From: an uncultured Bacilli bacterium
GTDB lineage: Bacteria > Bacillota_I > Bacilli_A > RF39 > UBA660
Direction: 5' to 3'
Length of the DNA stretch: 64,000 bases
Assembly: GCA_934131695.1 (NCBI GenBank)
Contig: CAKOZV010000005.1
Span: 372 to 64,371, forward strand
The notes below the pieces were generated by a model that saw only the letters and a program-made list of their open reading frames with translations, had not been told where the DNA came from and searched no databases. Positions 18,668 through 26,966 of the stretch are shown here, one piece after another (within the stretch, counting starts at the first letter, position 1; each line of letters opens with the position of its first letter). Made by a program: the position numbers and the translations under genes.

Positions 18668-19785
18668 TATTTAACCTTTTTTTGTTTTTTTCTCTTTTCT
18701 TTCTTAATAGTACCCTCCACTTTATCAATAATACTATCAGTCACTTCCTTGTTTTTAGGAGAGATAATACTAGTCCTTAAAACAAACCATACTACTACTA
18801 TAAATATTAAGATATAAAATACTTTACCTAAAACAGGATCTTTAAGTATATAGAAAATTGAAGCTGTTGCAAATAAGAAATCAATTCCATAGATAATTAA
18901 TACTGTTGTTCTGTGAGAAAAATTCATTCCTAATAACTGATGATGAATATGATCCTTATCAGGAGCAAATGGAGGTTGATGTTTAAGTAGTCTTCTAATA
19001 ATAGCAAATAATGTATCAAGAATAGGTATACCTAAAATCATTATAGGAACAAATAAACTAGTTAAAGCTGGTCCCTTAAATTCTAAAAGTGTTATTACTG
19101 CTATTATAAATCCTAAGAACATGGCACAGTCGCCACAAAATATTTTAGCTGGATAAAAATTATGAAGTAAGAATCCTAAAGTAGCACCTAACATAATGAA
19201 TGTTAAAATCATAACAAGACTACCACTTCTGCCTTGAAAAAAACCAATTATACCAATGGTTAAAAAGAAAATACTACATATACCACCACATAAACCATCC
19301 AAGCCATCTATTAAATTAATAATATTAGTACAAGCTACTATAAAGAAAATAGTCAGTGGATAAGACCAAATACCAAAGTCAATTGTATAACCAAAAGCTG
19401 TAATGTTATTTAAAAGTATTCCTCCATAAAAGACTATAATACAAGCAGCAATTAATTGTCCTAATAGTTTTCTACTCGCTCTAATAGACTTAATATCATC
19501 AATGATACCAGTTAAAATAATTATAAAACTACCTATCAGAATTGAATTCATTTGAATACTTTCTATTCCAAACAGCATATAACCAACTAAGAAAGCTAAA
19601 AATATTCCTACTCCTCCGAGTTTAGGCATCACTCTTTTATGAATATGTCTATTGCCCTCATCACTTCTTGGAACATCTAAAGCACCTATATGAAAAGCAA
19701 TTTTTTTCATTTCTGGCATTATCAGTGCTGAACAAAGAAAGGTTACTGCTACTATCTTTAAAGCACTTAATATTTCTTGATTCAT
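18667..19785 (-). CDS. tagO: Undecaprenyl-phosphate N-acetylhexosamine-1-phosphate transferase (MraY/WecA/TagO family)
   Basis: About 372 aa polytopic protein. NLIDGLDGL and DKDHIHH motifs of glycosyltransferase family 4. ATG 19785 is preceded by AAGAGGAAG. Confidence 0.85.
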   Translation of the reverse strand: MNQEILSALKIVAVTFLCSALIMPEMKKIAFHIGALDVPRSDEGNRHIHKRVMPKLGGVGIFLAFLVGYMLFGIESIQMNSILIGSFIIILTGIIDDIKSIRASRKLLGQLIAACIIVFYGGILLNNITAFGYTIDFGIWSYPLTIFFIVACTNIINLIDGLDGLCGGICSIFFLTIGIIGFFQGRSGSLVMILTFIMLGATLGFLLHNFYPAKIFCGDCAMFLGFIIAVITLLEFKGPALTSLFVPIMILGIPILDTLFAIIRRLLKHQPPFAPDKDHIHHQLLGMNFSHRTTVLIIYGIDFLFATASIFYILKDPVLGKVFYILIFIVVVWFVLRTSIISPKNKEVTDSIIDKVEGTIKKEKRKKQKKVK

Positions 19786-19860
19786 TTTACTTCCTCTTTT
19801 CTTATTCAATTATATCAGTTTATATTCTATTGTACAATTATTTTAAGAAAAGAAAAAAGT

Positions 19861-20853
19861 CTAGTTCTCTTCTAGACTCCTTACATCATCAAGTAATACT
19901 CCTGTTCCTTCTGCTACACAAGTTAATGGTGTATCAGCAATAAAAACAGGTATCTTTAATTTATCTTTTAATAATGGAACTAAACCAGTTAACATACTTC
20001 CACCACCTGTTAAAACTACTCCTTTTTCTACTATATCAGCTGATAATTCTGGAGGAGTCTGTTCTAAAACATTAGTAGCCGCTTTAATTATCTTTTGAAG
20101 TGATTCAGATAAAGCTTCTTCTGTTTCATTCTCATAGATTTCTATTGTACTAGGTAATCCTGTAATTAAGTCTCTTCCTCTTACTTCCATCTTTTTCTTC
20201 TTATCAGGATTATAAACGTTAGCAAACTCTATTTTAATCTCTTCTGCTGTTTTATCACCTATTAATAATTTATATTTTTCTTTAATAAACTTTATAATAT
20301 CTTGATCAAATACATTACCAGCAACTCTAATTGAAGCACTAGTAACTATATCCTTTAAAGAAAGAACAGCTATATCAGTAGTACCACCACCAATATCTAT
20401 TACCATATTACCACTAGGTTTAGAAATATCCATTCCTGCTCCAATAGCAGCTACTTTAGGCTCTTCTTCTAAAAACACTCTTCTTGCTCCGGTTCTTTCA
20501 GCTGCTTCTTTAATAGCATTTTTCTCAACTGGAGTAATATTAGATGGACAACATATTAAGATTCTAGGTCTTGAAAAGAAATTGCGAGCATGAATCTTTC
20601 TAATAAAATAATCAAGCATAATCTCTGTTATCTCAAAATCAGCAATAACTCCATCTTTCATTGGTTTAATAGCTTTAACCTTTCCAGGAGTTCTTCCTAA
20701 CATTTCACTAGCTTCACGTCCTACTGCTACAACTTTCTTATTATCTGTATCAATAGCTACCACACTAGGTTCATTTAAAACAATTCCTTCACCTTTTATA
20801 TATATTAATACATTGGCTGTTCCTAAATCTATTCCAATATCCTTTGCTAACAT
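19861..20853 (-). CDS. mreB: Rod-shape determining actin homologue MreB/Mbl
   Basis: 330 aa. DIGIDLGTANVLIY, DIGGGTTDIAV and VLTGGGSML are actin-fold phosphate/adenosine motifs. Confidence 0.95.
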   Translation of the reverse strand: MLAKDIGIDLGTANVLIYIKGEGIVLNEPSVVAIDTDNKKVVAVGREASEMLGRTPGKVKAIKPMKDGVIADFEITEIMLDYFIRKIHARNFFSRPRILICCPSNITPVEKNAIKEAAERTGARRVFLEEEPKVAAIGAGMDISKPSGNMVIDIGGGTTDIAVLSLKDIVTSASIRVAGNVFDQDIIKFIKEKYKLLIGDKTAEEIKIEFANVYNPDKKKKMEVRGRDLITGLPSTIEIYENETEEALSESLQKIIKAATNVLEQTPPELSADIVEKGVVLTGGGSMLTGLVPLLKDKLKIPVFIADTPLTCVAEGTGVLLDDVRSLEEN

Positions 20854-20985
20854 CCTATCACGTCCTTTTACTGTTAATATTTTAACAAAATTTCTTTTAC
20901 TTGTAAATTAATTTCCCATCAAAATTAGTTTTTCCTACTATTTTAAATATATACATTATAATTGCATTTATTACTTTATTTTTCA

Positions 20986-21016
20986 TACAAAAAGATGATT
21001 GTTTTTTAATCATCTC
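20986..21016 (-). terminator. Rho-independent terminator after the LytM gene
   Basis: AGATGATT-aaaaaac-AATCATCT 8-bp stem followed by TTTTGT on the - strand. Confidence 0.55.
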
Positions 21017-21025
21017 TAGTTAACA

Positions 21026-21736
21026 TTATTCTGGCTTCTTTGTTTCAGTAGTATTATTCTTAGATTCATCTGTTTCACTTTTATTACTATCATTAGTAGT
21101 AGTTTCTGCTTTTATTTCTTTATCAAAATAATCTTCGGGATTAACTACTTGACTATTTAAATAAAGTTCAAAATGCAAATGATTACCTAATTCCTTATCA
21201 ATACTGTTAGTTCCACTTTTACCAATCACTTGTCCTTGTTTTACTGTATCATTTTTCTTAACAGATACTTCTCCCAAACTTTGATAACTACTTACAAGAT
21301 TATTTTCATGTTGTACTTCTACGATTTTACCTAGTAACTCATCATCTTTTATATTAATAACTGTTCCATCTAAAACTGCTACTACTTCAAAAGTTTCATT
21401 CTTAGTAAAATCCATTCCTGAATTTTGAATATATGTATCTTCATGATACAAAATTGATTTCTCCTGTGTTGCATTATCAGCTTGGTAGTTATAGAAATAT
21501 TTAGTAGTTGTTACAGACTGATCTTTAAAAGGTTTTATCATTTTAGTAGTTTCATTTATAACTTCTACATCTTCATCTTTATCTAGAATAGAACTATTAA
21601 CATGTTCAACTTGTTCAGTAGGTTTTAAATCTTTTTTCATATTTTGACTAACTAGATAAGCTCCTACTCCAATAAAGACAAAGATAGCAGTATAAATTCC
21701 TACTATTGCACCTTTTCTTAATTTTAATCTTTTCAT
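21026..21736 (-). CDS. Membrane-anchored LytM/M23-domain protein, SpoIIQ-like
   Basis: 236 aa. N-terminal TM (IVGIYTAIFVFIGVGAYLV). C-terminal M23 domain with GNHLHFELY, but NSGMD where the canonical HxGxD is expected. Ser/Thr/Asn/Glu-rich tail. Lies next to mreB/mbl. Confidence 0.6.
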   Translation of the reverse strand: MKRLKLRKGAIVGIYTAIFVFIGVGAYLVSQNMKKDLKPTEQVEHVNSSILDKDEDVEVINETTKMIKPFKDQSVTTTKYFYNYQADNATQEKSILYHEDTYIQNSGMDFTKNETFEVVAVLDGTVINIKDDELLGKIVEVQHENNLVSSYQSLGEVSVKKNDTVKQGQVIGKSGTNSIDKELGNHLHFELYLNSQVVNPEDYFDKEIKAETTTNDSNKSETDESKNNTTETKKPE

Positions 21737-21787
21737 ATTTTCACCTCATTTAAAGTTTTACCTAAAAGGCGAAAATTATACAATTTT

Positions 21788-21985
21788 TTAAAAAATTTTT
21801 GATACTGTGAAAAAGTCCCAAATAAAGTTAGTTACTAAATATGTCATTGAAAGTGCTAACATAAAGTATAAAACTCTAGCTTGTAGTACTCTATTTTTTT
21901 TAAATAAAGAATTTATATTTAAAGAATCAAAAGACCAAATAACTAAGATTCCAACTAAAATATAAATAAAATATTTAGCACTCAT
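21788..21985 (-). CDS. DUF1146 (YwzB-like) small membrane protein
   Basis: MSAKYFIYILVGILVIWSFDSLNINSLFKKNRVLQARVLYFMLAL resembles B. subtilis YwzB as I remember it. ATG 21985 is preceded by GAGGA. Confidence 0.65.
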   Translation of the reverse strand: MSAKYFIYILVGILVIWSFDSLNINSLFKKNRVLQARVLYFMLALSMTYLVTNFIWDFFTVSKIF

Positions 21986-22421
21986 GACTATCCTCATATT
22001 TAGCTATTTTTTCAATTCTTCTATGATGTCTCTCTTCAGTTGAAAATGGTATTTCAATAAATTTTTTAACTAGACTGTAGGCTTCATCTGTTGATAATTT
22101 TTCACTAAGACATATTATATTAGCATCATTATCAGTTCTAGTTTCTAAAACATCTTCTAATGATACTACTCTTGCGGCTCTTATTCCTTTAACTTTATTA
22201 CAAGCAATACTTATGCCAATTCCACTTCCACAAATAGCTATTCCATAATCTAAATTTTTATTAGCTACTTCTTCACTTAATTTAAAAGCATAATCAGGAT
22301 AATCAACACTTTCTTCACTAAAGGTACCAAAGTCAATTATCTGATATTCCTCTTCTAGTTTTTTAAACAAGTTTGTTTTTAATTTAAATCCCCTATGATC
22401 TGATGTAATTCCTAATTTCAT
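21975..22421 (-). CDS. rpiB: Ribose-5-phosphate isomerase B
   Basis: MKLGITSDHRGFKLK and GIAICGSGIGISIACNKVKGIRAA are RpiB/LacAB signatures. The true start is ATG 22421. The track's 47-codon N-terminal extension is read-through of DnaA boxes (CGK repeats). Confidence 0.9.
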   Translation of the reverse strand: MKLGITSDHRGFKLKTNLFKKLEEEYQIIDFGTFSEESVDYPDYAFKLSEEVANKNLDYGIAICGSGIGISIACNKVKGIRAARVVSLEDVLETRTDNDANIICLSEKLSTDEAYSLVKKFIEIPFSTEERHHRRIEKIAKYEDSHEC

Positions 22422-22433
22422 ATTTATTTCCTT

Positions 22434-22612
22434 CTTTCCACAATCAATTGTTAATAAAATATATTTTTTTACTCTTTTTCCACAATATCTATGAATAATT
22501 TTTGAACATTTATTATTTTTTCCACAGGCATTGTGTATTATTCTACAAAAAATTTTATCCACAACTAATTATTTATTTTTTTATTAAAATTTTTCCACAA
22601 CCTTGTGGATAA
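22434..22612. promoter_or_regulatory. DnaA-box cluster outside oriC (6 boxes in about 180 bp)
   Basis: cTTTCCACA 22434-42, TTTTCCACA 22486-94, TTTTCCACA 22518-26, TTATCCACA 22555-63 (perfect), TTTTCCACA 22591-99, TGTGGATAA 22604-12 (perfect, inverted). These are the same box variants used at this genome's oriC. Confidence 0.65.
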
Positions 22613-23082
22613 TTTTTAGTTTTAGCATTTTTTAAACCAAGTCTTCCACCCATTACTACTGCCAAATGGGATACATCTATTCCATGATAAATACACCCTA
22701 AATTGTCTCTACTTAAGATTTCATCTAGTTCTTCAAACGAAAACATATCTCTTGGCAAATATTCTTCATAACTGGTTTCTATTTTTATAGGTCTTGTTAA
22801 TTTATAACGAATACCAGTCCTTTTATTTTGAATTAGTGGATTATAATAACAATATAATGTACCCTTTCTTATAATAGAACCACTTATATCACAAGTAATT
22901 GGACTACTAGCTTTCATTTCTCTAGATTCATTATAAAAATATACTACATCATTTGGAAAATAAGTTTGACTCATATTAAATAATTCTAAACCTTTTTTAA
23001 CTTCATCTTTTGATTTATTCTCTTCTATTAAGCACTCTTCCCACAAGTCAAAATCAAACATATTGTCCATACTACTCACCAT
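22573..23082 (-). CDS. Hypothetical protein (169 aa)
   Basis: ORF only; no recognisable motifs and no TM. Its last about 13 codons are encoded by two DnaA boxes. Confidence 0.45.
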   Translation of the reverse strand: MVSSMDNMFDFDLWEECLIEENKSKDEVKKGLELFNMSQTYFPNDVVYFYNESREMKASSPITCDISGSIIRKGTLYCYYNPLIQNKRTGIRYKLTRPIKIETSYEEYLPRDMFSFEELDEILSRDNLGCIYHGIDVSHLAVVMGGRLGLKNAKTKNYPQGCGKILIKK

Positions 23083-23129
23083 ATTGAGAATATCATTTTT
23101 TTATTTAGAGTGCAAGAAAAAAGAAGCAA

Positions 23130-23345
23130 TTAAGCTTCTGCATCTTGGGTATAACCATATTTTTTATTAAACTTGTCAACACGACCTGTACGTGAAGCAC
23201 GAGATTGCTTACCTGTATAGAATGGATGACATTTTGAACAAACTTCAACTGTTAATTCATCTTTATTTGATTTAACTTCAAATGTTTCTCCACATGCACA
23301 AGTAACTTTACAAGTTTTATATTCTGGATGAATTCCCTTTTTCAT
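23130..23345 (-). CDS. rpmE: 50S ribosomal protein L31
   Basis: [26 protein letters not shown]...[11 protein letters not shown] is the Zn-ribbon (type A) form. ATG 23345 is preceded by GGAAGGAGAG. Confidence 0.95.
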   Translation of the reverse strand: MKKGIHPEYKTCKVTCACGETFEVKSNKDELTVEVCSKCHPFYTGKQSRASRTGRVDKFNKKYGYTQDAEA

Positions 23346-23438
23346 GTATATCTCTCCTTCCGCCATGATAAATTCATATCATAGTAATGACTAACCGCTA
23401 ATAATATATCAAACTTTTTTACGAAAGGCAAGACTTTT

Positions 23439-24170
23439 TTACTTTTTAAGTTGCTTCATTATCTCTAGATATATAGCTTTATACCCTTCATTTGAAGGAT
23501 GAATATTAGTTGGATTTGGTAAATAATCATTATTATTTTTAAAAACTCGATAAATTGATACAAATTCTATATCATATTTAGTAGTCACTTTCTTCATTTC
23601 TTCATCAAAATAGGCAAATACTCTATCTGGTACTATATCTGTATACTCATAAGGATTATAGTAACCAAGCAAAATTATTTTTCTATTATTATATTTTCTA
23701 ATACTCTTAAGTAAATTATCTAATTCTTTCATTTTTTTAGAAAATATATCTAACAATTTTTTCTCATCAATTATAGATATATCACTTGTTGACATATTTA
23801 TCTCAGTCAACAAGTCATTACCACCAATTGATATAGTTACTAAATCTGCTTCTCTTAAACATTTTTTAAAAGATAAAGTCTTATTTTGTCTTGTTAGTAT
23901 TTGATTCATGTCTAGTTGGTGTTGTAAATCGGCAATTCTAAAACCCGCAAATGCAAAGTCTTTACTGTAATTGTTAAGTTTATTGTTTTCTTTAAGATAA
24001 CTAGCTAAATAGTCACTATAGCCATAACTTTCTTCATTATAAGCATTTACTCCTAAAGATAGAGAGTCTCCAATAGCTAAATAATTAATTTTATCATTAT
24101 GAAATGTCATATAAATTAAGTAAATTATTAAAAGTAGAAAACAAAAGATAATAAGTTTTTTATGTTTCAT
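23439..24170 (-). CDS. SGNH/GDSL-family hydrolase with N-terminal signal-anchor
   Basis: Block I LAIGDSLSLG, block III SIGGNDL and block V HPSNEGY. Hydrophobic N-terminus. Confidence 0.8.
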   Translation of the reverse strand: MKHKKLIIFCFLLLIIYLIYMTFHNDKINYLAIGDSLSLGVNAYNEESYGYSDYLASYLKENNKLNNYSKDFAFAGFRIADLQHQLDMNQILTRQNKTLSFKKCLREADLVTISIGGNDLLTEINMSTSDISIIDEKKLLDIFSKKMKELDNLLKSIRKYNNRKIILLGYYNPYEYTDIVPDRVFAYFDEEMKKVTTKYDIEFVSIYRVFKNNNDYLPNPTNIHPSNEGYKAIYLEIMKQLKK

Positions 24171-24202
24171 TTTATCACCTAAAAAAAATTAGAGTCATAA
24201 TA

Positions 24203-25456
24203 TTATATTTCTCTAATTTCTACTTTAGCACCAACATTGGTTAATTTTTCTACAATGTTTTCATATCCTCTTAAGATATGTTCTACATTAGTTATCTTAG
24301 TTGTACCATCAGCCATTAAACCAGCTATTACTAAGGATGCACCTGCTCTTAAATCAGTTGCTACCACGTCACAACCTACTAGTTTTGTAGGACCAATAAC
24401 AGTAGATGTTTGATTTTTTACCCGTATATCTGCTCCCATTGAATTTAAATATGGTATGTGCATAAATCTATTTTCATAAATAGTTTCTTCTATTTTACTT
24501 TGTCCTTTACAAGCAGTAAGTAATGGTGTAAGTGGTTGTTGCAAATCAGTTGGAAATCCAGGATATGTCTGTGTCTTAACATGAATTGCTTTATAATTAT
24601 CTTGTTTACTAACAATTATATAATCTGCTCCAATATCAAGAAAAACGCCCATCTCCTCTAGTTTACTAGTTAAAGATTCAATATGTTCAGGAATAATATT
24701 ATCAACTTTCAAGTTTTCTCCTACAGCTGCCCCTAGAATAACATAAGTTCCAGCTTCTATTCTATCAGGAATCACCTCATGAAAACATTTACCAAGATAA
24801 GAAACACCTTCTATTTCAATACTTGAAGTACCTGCTCCTCTTATCTTAGCACCCATATTATTTAATAAGGTAGCAACATTTACTATTTCTGGTTCTTTAG
24901 CGGCATTATCAATAATTGTTTTTCCTTTAGCTTTTACAGCTGCCAACATTATATTAATAGTAGCTCCTACACTAGCAAAATCTAGATAAATATTATTACC
25001 TATTAACTCATCTGCTTCTACTATATAGCAGTTATCTTTATTAGTTACTTTAGCTCCTAAAGCTTCAAAACCTTTTAAATGTAAATTAATTGGTCTTGCT
25101 CCTATAGAACACCCACCTGGTAATGACATAGTAACTTTCTTATATTTACCTAGTAACGCTCCCATAAAATAATATGAAGCTCTAAGTTTCTTTGCTAAAG
25201 AAGCAGGTATTTCTTTATTTTCTAACTCTTTTGAATCTATTACGATAGTTTCACTAGCTCTTTTAACCTTTGCTCCTAAAAAAGATAATATTTCACATAA
25301 TGCTTCTGTATCAGTAATATCTGGTACATTACAGATAGTTACTTCTTCATCTGATAATATGGCTGCAGGTATTAAAGCTACAGCACTATTCTTAGCACCA
25401 CTAACTCTAATGGTACCAGTTAACTTATTTCCACCCTTAATTTCTAATAACTTCAT
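24203..25456 (-). CDS. murA: UDP-N-acetylglucosamine 1-carboxyvinyltransferase
   Basis: 417 aa. ISGAKNSAVALIPA-like start (RVSGAKNSAVALIPAAIL) and the active-site Cys loop LPGGCSIGARPINLH. Confidence 0.95.
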   Translation of the reverse strand: MKLLEIKGGNKLTGTIRVSGAKNSAVALIPAAILSDEEVTICNVPDITDTEALCEILSFLGAKVKRASETIVIDSKELENKEIPASLAKKLRASYYFMGALLGKYKKVTMSLPGGCSIGARPINLHLKGFEALGAKVTNKDNCYIVEADELIGNNIYLDFASVGATINIMLAAVKAKGKTIIDNAAKEPEIVNVATLLNNMGAKIRGAGTSSIEIEGVSYLGKCFHEVIPDRIEAGTYVILGAAVGENLKVDNIIPEHIESLTSKLEEMGVFLDIGADYIIVSKQDNYKAIHVKTQTYPGFPTDLQQPLTPLLTACKGQSKIEETIYENRFMHIPYLNSMGADIRVKNQTSTVIGPTKLVGCDVVATDLRAGASLVIAGLMADGTTKITNVEHILRGYENIVEKLTNVGAKVEIREI

Positions 25457-25557
25457 ATATCTTACTCTCTTTCGCTATATTATATTAGTATTTTAAAATT
25501 TGTTTCCAACTAGACTTAAAAATAAATAAATCACTCTAAAAACTGTATCTCTACTAA

Positions 25558-25586
25558 TATAATAAAGAAAAACTAGTAATTTGTCA
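25558..25586 (-). promoter_or_regulatory. Candidate sigma-A promoter for murA
   Basis: On the - strand: TTGACA (25586-25581), a 17-nt spacer, then TATATA (25563-25558). About 100 nt upstream of the murA ATG. Confidence 0.4.
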
Positions 25587-25617
25587 AAAAAAGAAACGAA
25601 AAATTTTAAAATTTCGT
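25585..25617 (-). terminator. Rho-independent terminator after the small ORF
   Basis: AACGAAA-10 nt-TTTCGTT 7-bp stem followed by TCTTTTTTT on the - strand. It begins at the stop codon of the +1-frame small ORF. Confidence 0.55.
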
Positions 25618-25769
25618 TAAAATCTTTCGTTTTCTTGATTTTCTAATTCATCTTTAGGACAATCTTCTTGTCTACTAAACATTTCTTTTTCATTTACTTC
25701 TTTTGCAGATGGACAATTTCTATTTTGATTTTTTTCCTTCTGCTTACTATTATTGTTTTTATTTTTCAT
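25616..25769 (-). other. Small hydrophilic ORF with strong RBS, interrupted at an A7 run (possible frameshifted small gene)
   Basis: GGGAGGT lies 5 nt before ATG 25769. Frame 0 stops after 16 codons (MKNKNNNSKQEGKKSK). The +1 frame stays open to 25616, just before a terminator. The two frames meet at the homopolymer 25728-25734. Confidence 0.3.
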
Positions 25770-25815
25770 TTTTACCTCCCTTATTACTATTAACATTATT
25801 TTTATAAATATACTT

Positions 25816-26358
25816 CTAAAATGAAATAAGCAAATATTTTATTCCAAGTATTAATAAAATTATACTTCCAAAGATATTAGCAATCTTACCAAATCTAATA
25901 GTTAATCTCTTACCACAATCTAATCCTATTTTTGTAAATAAAGAACTAAATATAGAAAATAATAATCCACATAAAACCGTATTTTCTTCATGTACACCTA
26001 ATCCTATACCTACTGAAAAACTATCTATACTTACACTAAACGCAAATAATAAGGCTTGATAAAAACTAGTTATTTTAATTTTTCTTGCATCTAAATCTTT
26101 TAAGCTCAAGAGCATCTCACTAGCTAATATAGTAAAAATTATACCCACTAACAAATCAGGATTAGGTAAGAATGATTCTAAAAGAAATAATCCAATTAGA
26201 TTACCAAGTATAGGCATAAAAAAATGAAATGATCCTACCATTAAACTTAATAAATTAGTCATTTTTTTATCAAGACCTAATGTTCCATAAATTATAGCTA
26301 GAGAAAAAGCATCCATACTTAGACTAATAGAGATTATTATTAATTGTCCTAAATTCAT
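25816..26358 (-). CDS. mntP: Manganese efflux pump MntP
   Basis: 180 aa with 6 TMs. Duplicated DAF/DSF motifs (SLSMDAFSLAI, SVSIDSFSVGI) are typical of MntP/YebN. Confidence 0.85.
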   Translation of the reverse strand: MNLGQLIIISISLSMDAFSLAIIYGTLGLDKKMTNLLSLMVGSFHFFMPILGNLIGLFLLESFLPNPDLLVGIIFTILASEMLLSLKDLDARKIKITSFYQALLFAFSVSIDSFSVGIGLGVHEENTVLCGLLFSIFSSLFTKIGLDCGKRLTIRFGKIANIFGSIILLILGIKYLLISF

Positions 26359-26397
26359 AGCACCACCTACTAAGAATTTATGTAAATAATCTATCTG

Positions 26398-26916
26398 TTA
26401 GAAGTATTTTTCTAGCATATCTTTAATATATAGACGATATTCTACATCTGTTTTTTTATCATTTTCTATAAGACAAAATGGGGGAAATAAAACACACCAC
26501 CAGTTATCACCTTTTCCATCTCCTATGGTAACCACTAAAGATTCATAATATCCCTCTTTATAGGTTATACCTTTATATTCTTTCTTAGGAAAATAGTTTA
26601 ATCCATAATTAATGTTATAAATATCATTACTCTTATTTGTTAATAAAGTGTTTCTAACATTAGTTGAAAAATTATTTTGATTAGCTTTTAACAATTTCCT
26701 AGATTCATCAATAGACTTACTATTTTTTAATAATTCACTTATCTCTACTTGTAAATTATCTTTAACCTTCATCTTTATCTTTTGATCTTCTTTACTATTA
26801 GACTTAGCAACTACTCTAAACCTAATAGCTTCATCAGGTATAACAATTTCCTCTCCTTTAGTATAACTAGCTAAAGAGATAATGATTAAACTTATTATTA
26901 TTAGAAATTTCTTCAT
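26398..26916 (-). CDS. spoIIR: Stage II sporulation protein R (SpoIIR-like)
   Basis: Signal peptide, IRFRVVAKSNSKEDQKIKMKVKD and DNWWCVLFPPFCL, matching the SpoIIR signatures (IRLHVIANSD..., NWWCVLFPPLC) as I remember them. prmC-spoIIR synteny as in B. subtilis. Confidence 0.8.
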   Translation of the reverse strand: MKKFLIIISLIIISLASYTKGEEIVIPDEAIRFRVVAKSNSKEDQKIKMKVKDNLQVEISELLKNSKSIDESRKLLKANQNNFSTNVRNTLLTNKSNDIYNINYGLNYFPKKEYKGITYKEGYYESLVVTIGDGKGDNWWCVLFPPFCLIENDKKTDVEYRLYIKDMLEKYF

Positions 26917-26966
26917 TAAAAAAATCACCCTTTTTCTAATATATTAATGGTGACTTTTTATCATTT

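Noticed and set aside
22422-22562. 47-codon N-terminal extension of the rpiB track ORF
   Set aside because: The conserved RpiB N-terminus (MKLGITSDHRGF) starts at 22421 with its own RBS. The extension is CGK-rich read-through of DnaA boxes.
26359-26397. Expected yybP-ykoY manganese riboswitch upstream of mntP
   Set aside because: Only 39 nt separate mntP from spoIIR, which is too short for the riboswitch. mntP is probably co-transcribed with spoIIR here.
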